Below are positions 62,601 through 64,000 of a stretch of DNA of 64,000 nt, piece by piece. The stretch is from assembly GCA_030704615.1 (NCBI GenBank), contig CM060732.1, positions 21,824,001 to 21,888,000 of the forward strand, given 5' to 3'. The DNA is from Takakia lepidozioides (taxonomy: Eukaryota; Plantae; Bryophyta). Both the position numbers and the translations under genes were made by a program. Position 1 is the stretch's first letter, and every line of letters starts with the position of its first letter. The notes under the pieces are model-generated. The model saw nothing but the letters and a program-made list of their open reading frames with translations. It was not told where the DNA came from and ran no database searches.

Positions 62601-64000
62601 AAATCTTTGATAAGAGTTGGCATGGAACACCAAAAGCAGGAACTCCAGTTTCTGAGACGGAAGACGAAGAAGGAGGAGAGGATGTGGCAGAGCCAACGGA
62701 GAGTTCAGACTCTCCAACACCATTGCAGTTGAGTTACATGAGTGAAGAAGAAACCCAAGGGCAGAACTTGGAGGATGAAAACAGAGAGAAGAAATTGGAA
62801 GAGGAAGAGTATGAAGAAGTAGACCCAACAGCTGAGGTTGAGACTACAACCAGGACATCCCAACCCGTTGGACTGGATCAAGTGGAGCACTTGGATCACA
62901 GGCCAACGAAGGTGTCGGCTCAGGGGATCAGGCGGGCAGCCTGGATCTGGCTCTGGGGGACAGGGAGTGTGGGAAGTAGTGCAACTGAAGCTGGGATACT
63001 GTGAATATAGTGGGGCCAGTAGCAGGGAGTGCTCAGGGGCCACACTTGGTGGAAGTTCCACCACAACTACAACAGGTCCTCAAGGACCAGCACCAGCAAG
63101 GGCCAGCACTGTCAGTGGGCAGAAGGTAGGGCCACAGATGGCGTTACAACCAACACGGGCAAAACCACATTTTCCAATATATTCAGAAAAGGGATCCTGA
63201 TGTACACATTAGCCAATTTGAGCACATGTGTATAGTGAACAATGAGAATGGCGATGATGCCAAGATGAGATGTTTCCTTGTTCACTTATAAGAAAGCAAG
63301 TGAATGGTATGCAAGATTCCCTGATAATCATTTCCTAACCTGGAATGGCTTGAATACAGCATTCCGAAATAGGTTCAGGACAAGTAAAACTGAGGATGAA
63401 GTGTATGGAAGTTTACAACAGTTAAAGCAAAAGAAGCATGAAACTGTTGAGGAGTATATGGAAAAGATGGAATTGATGATGAAAAAGCTGGCTGCTGTAC
63501 CAGCACCAGGTTTACAGAAGACTTGGTTTGTGAGTGGACTAAGACCAGAGTTGCAAAAGAAAGTGGATATGTTACCCCATAATACAGTGGAGGAGGCATT
63601 TGAAACAGCAAACAGAATTGAGCAATTGGGAATGCTCAGGAGAGAGAAAAGGGATGATGAGGACTCTGAGGATGAGTCAGATGAGGAAGAAGAGCAAGAG
63701 CTGAAAAGGAAGAGTAAGAGGAAGGAAAAGTTGAAGAGGGATAACTATGAAAAGATTAGAAGAAATCTTGAAGAAGTATGCCACAGAGGCTGCAACACAT
63801 TGGAGGAAGGGTGTTTGGTGTGCAAAATGCCAGAATGAAGGCCATACCACCACTGAATGCCACATGAAGGAGAAACTGTACTATCTGTAAAATGGATAAC
63901 CATTCTACTGAGAATTGTTACTACAACAGAAGACAGCAGCAGAGAGAACCTAGGCAAGTAAGGGTGCATCAAGTGCAGCCCCAGCCAAGAAGAAACAGTG
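59626..64000 (+). mobile_element. 5' part of a third LTR retrotransposon (putative LTR/leader, then decayed gag at about 63140-63930), running off the window
   Basis: KASEWY..TWNGLNTAFRNRF..LKQKKHETVEEY capsid motif and frameshifted CxxC..H..C knuckles. The left boundary is only tentative (tgtcacc, TATA near 59925). Confidence 0.6.
60908..61090. repeat. Short CACAGC(C/T) array (reverse complement of the 36200-37790 motif)
   Basis: cacagccagtcacagcccgacacagctt is repeated about 5 times. Confidence 0.85.

Overview
Repeat-rich eukaryotic nuclear DNA from a land plant, probably a non-seed lineage (inferred from PLS-type PPR debris, a CRINKLY4-family kinase and the TE types). Only one host gene looks intact: a two-exon CRINKLY4-related receptor kinase (8459-5000, minus strand). 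The rest is orphan exons (HSBP with a U12 AT-AC intron, bHLH, kelch, PPR, amino-acid permease, F-box, ABCC) and transposons: three LINE remnants, MULE- and hAT-type non-autonomous elements, tRNA-derived SINEs, a decayed endonuclease-bearing Helitron (Helentron-like) with an RPA-like gene, a CACTA derivative, a chromodomain Ty3/Gypsy and the start of a third LTR element. The standout is a young 12.5-kb Ty3/Gypsy element (34340-46804, AACT target duplication). Its polyprotein carries a complete DNMT3-like C5 cytosine methyltransferase between protease and RT, and its integrase ends in a PHD finger. It has a UAG-CAA-CCA readthrough-type stop after the methyltransferase and no recognisable tRNA primer site. 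Its ends are split direct repeats (A...B-gc-A-B) rather than ordinary LTRs, as if a circular cDNA had been opened at an internal GACAGCTGTC palindrome by a DDE integrase. All calls are by-eye motif recognition; no searches were run.
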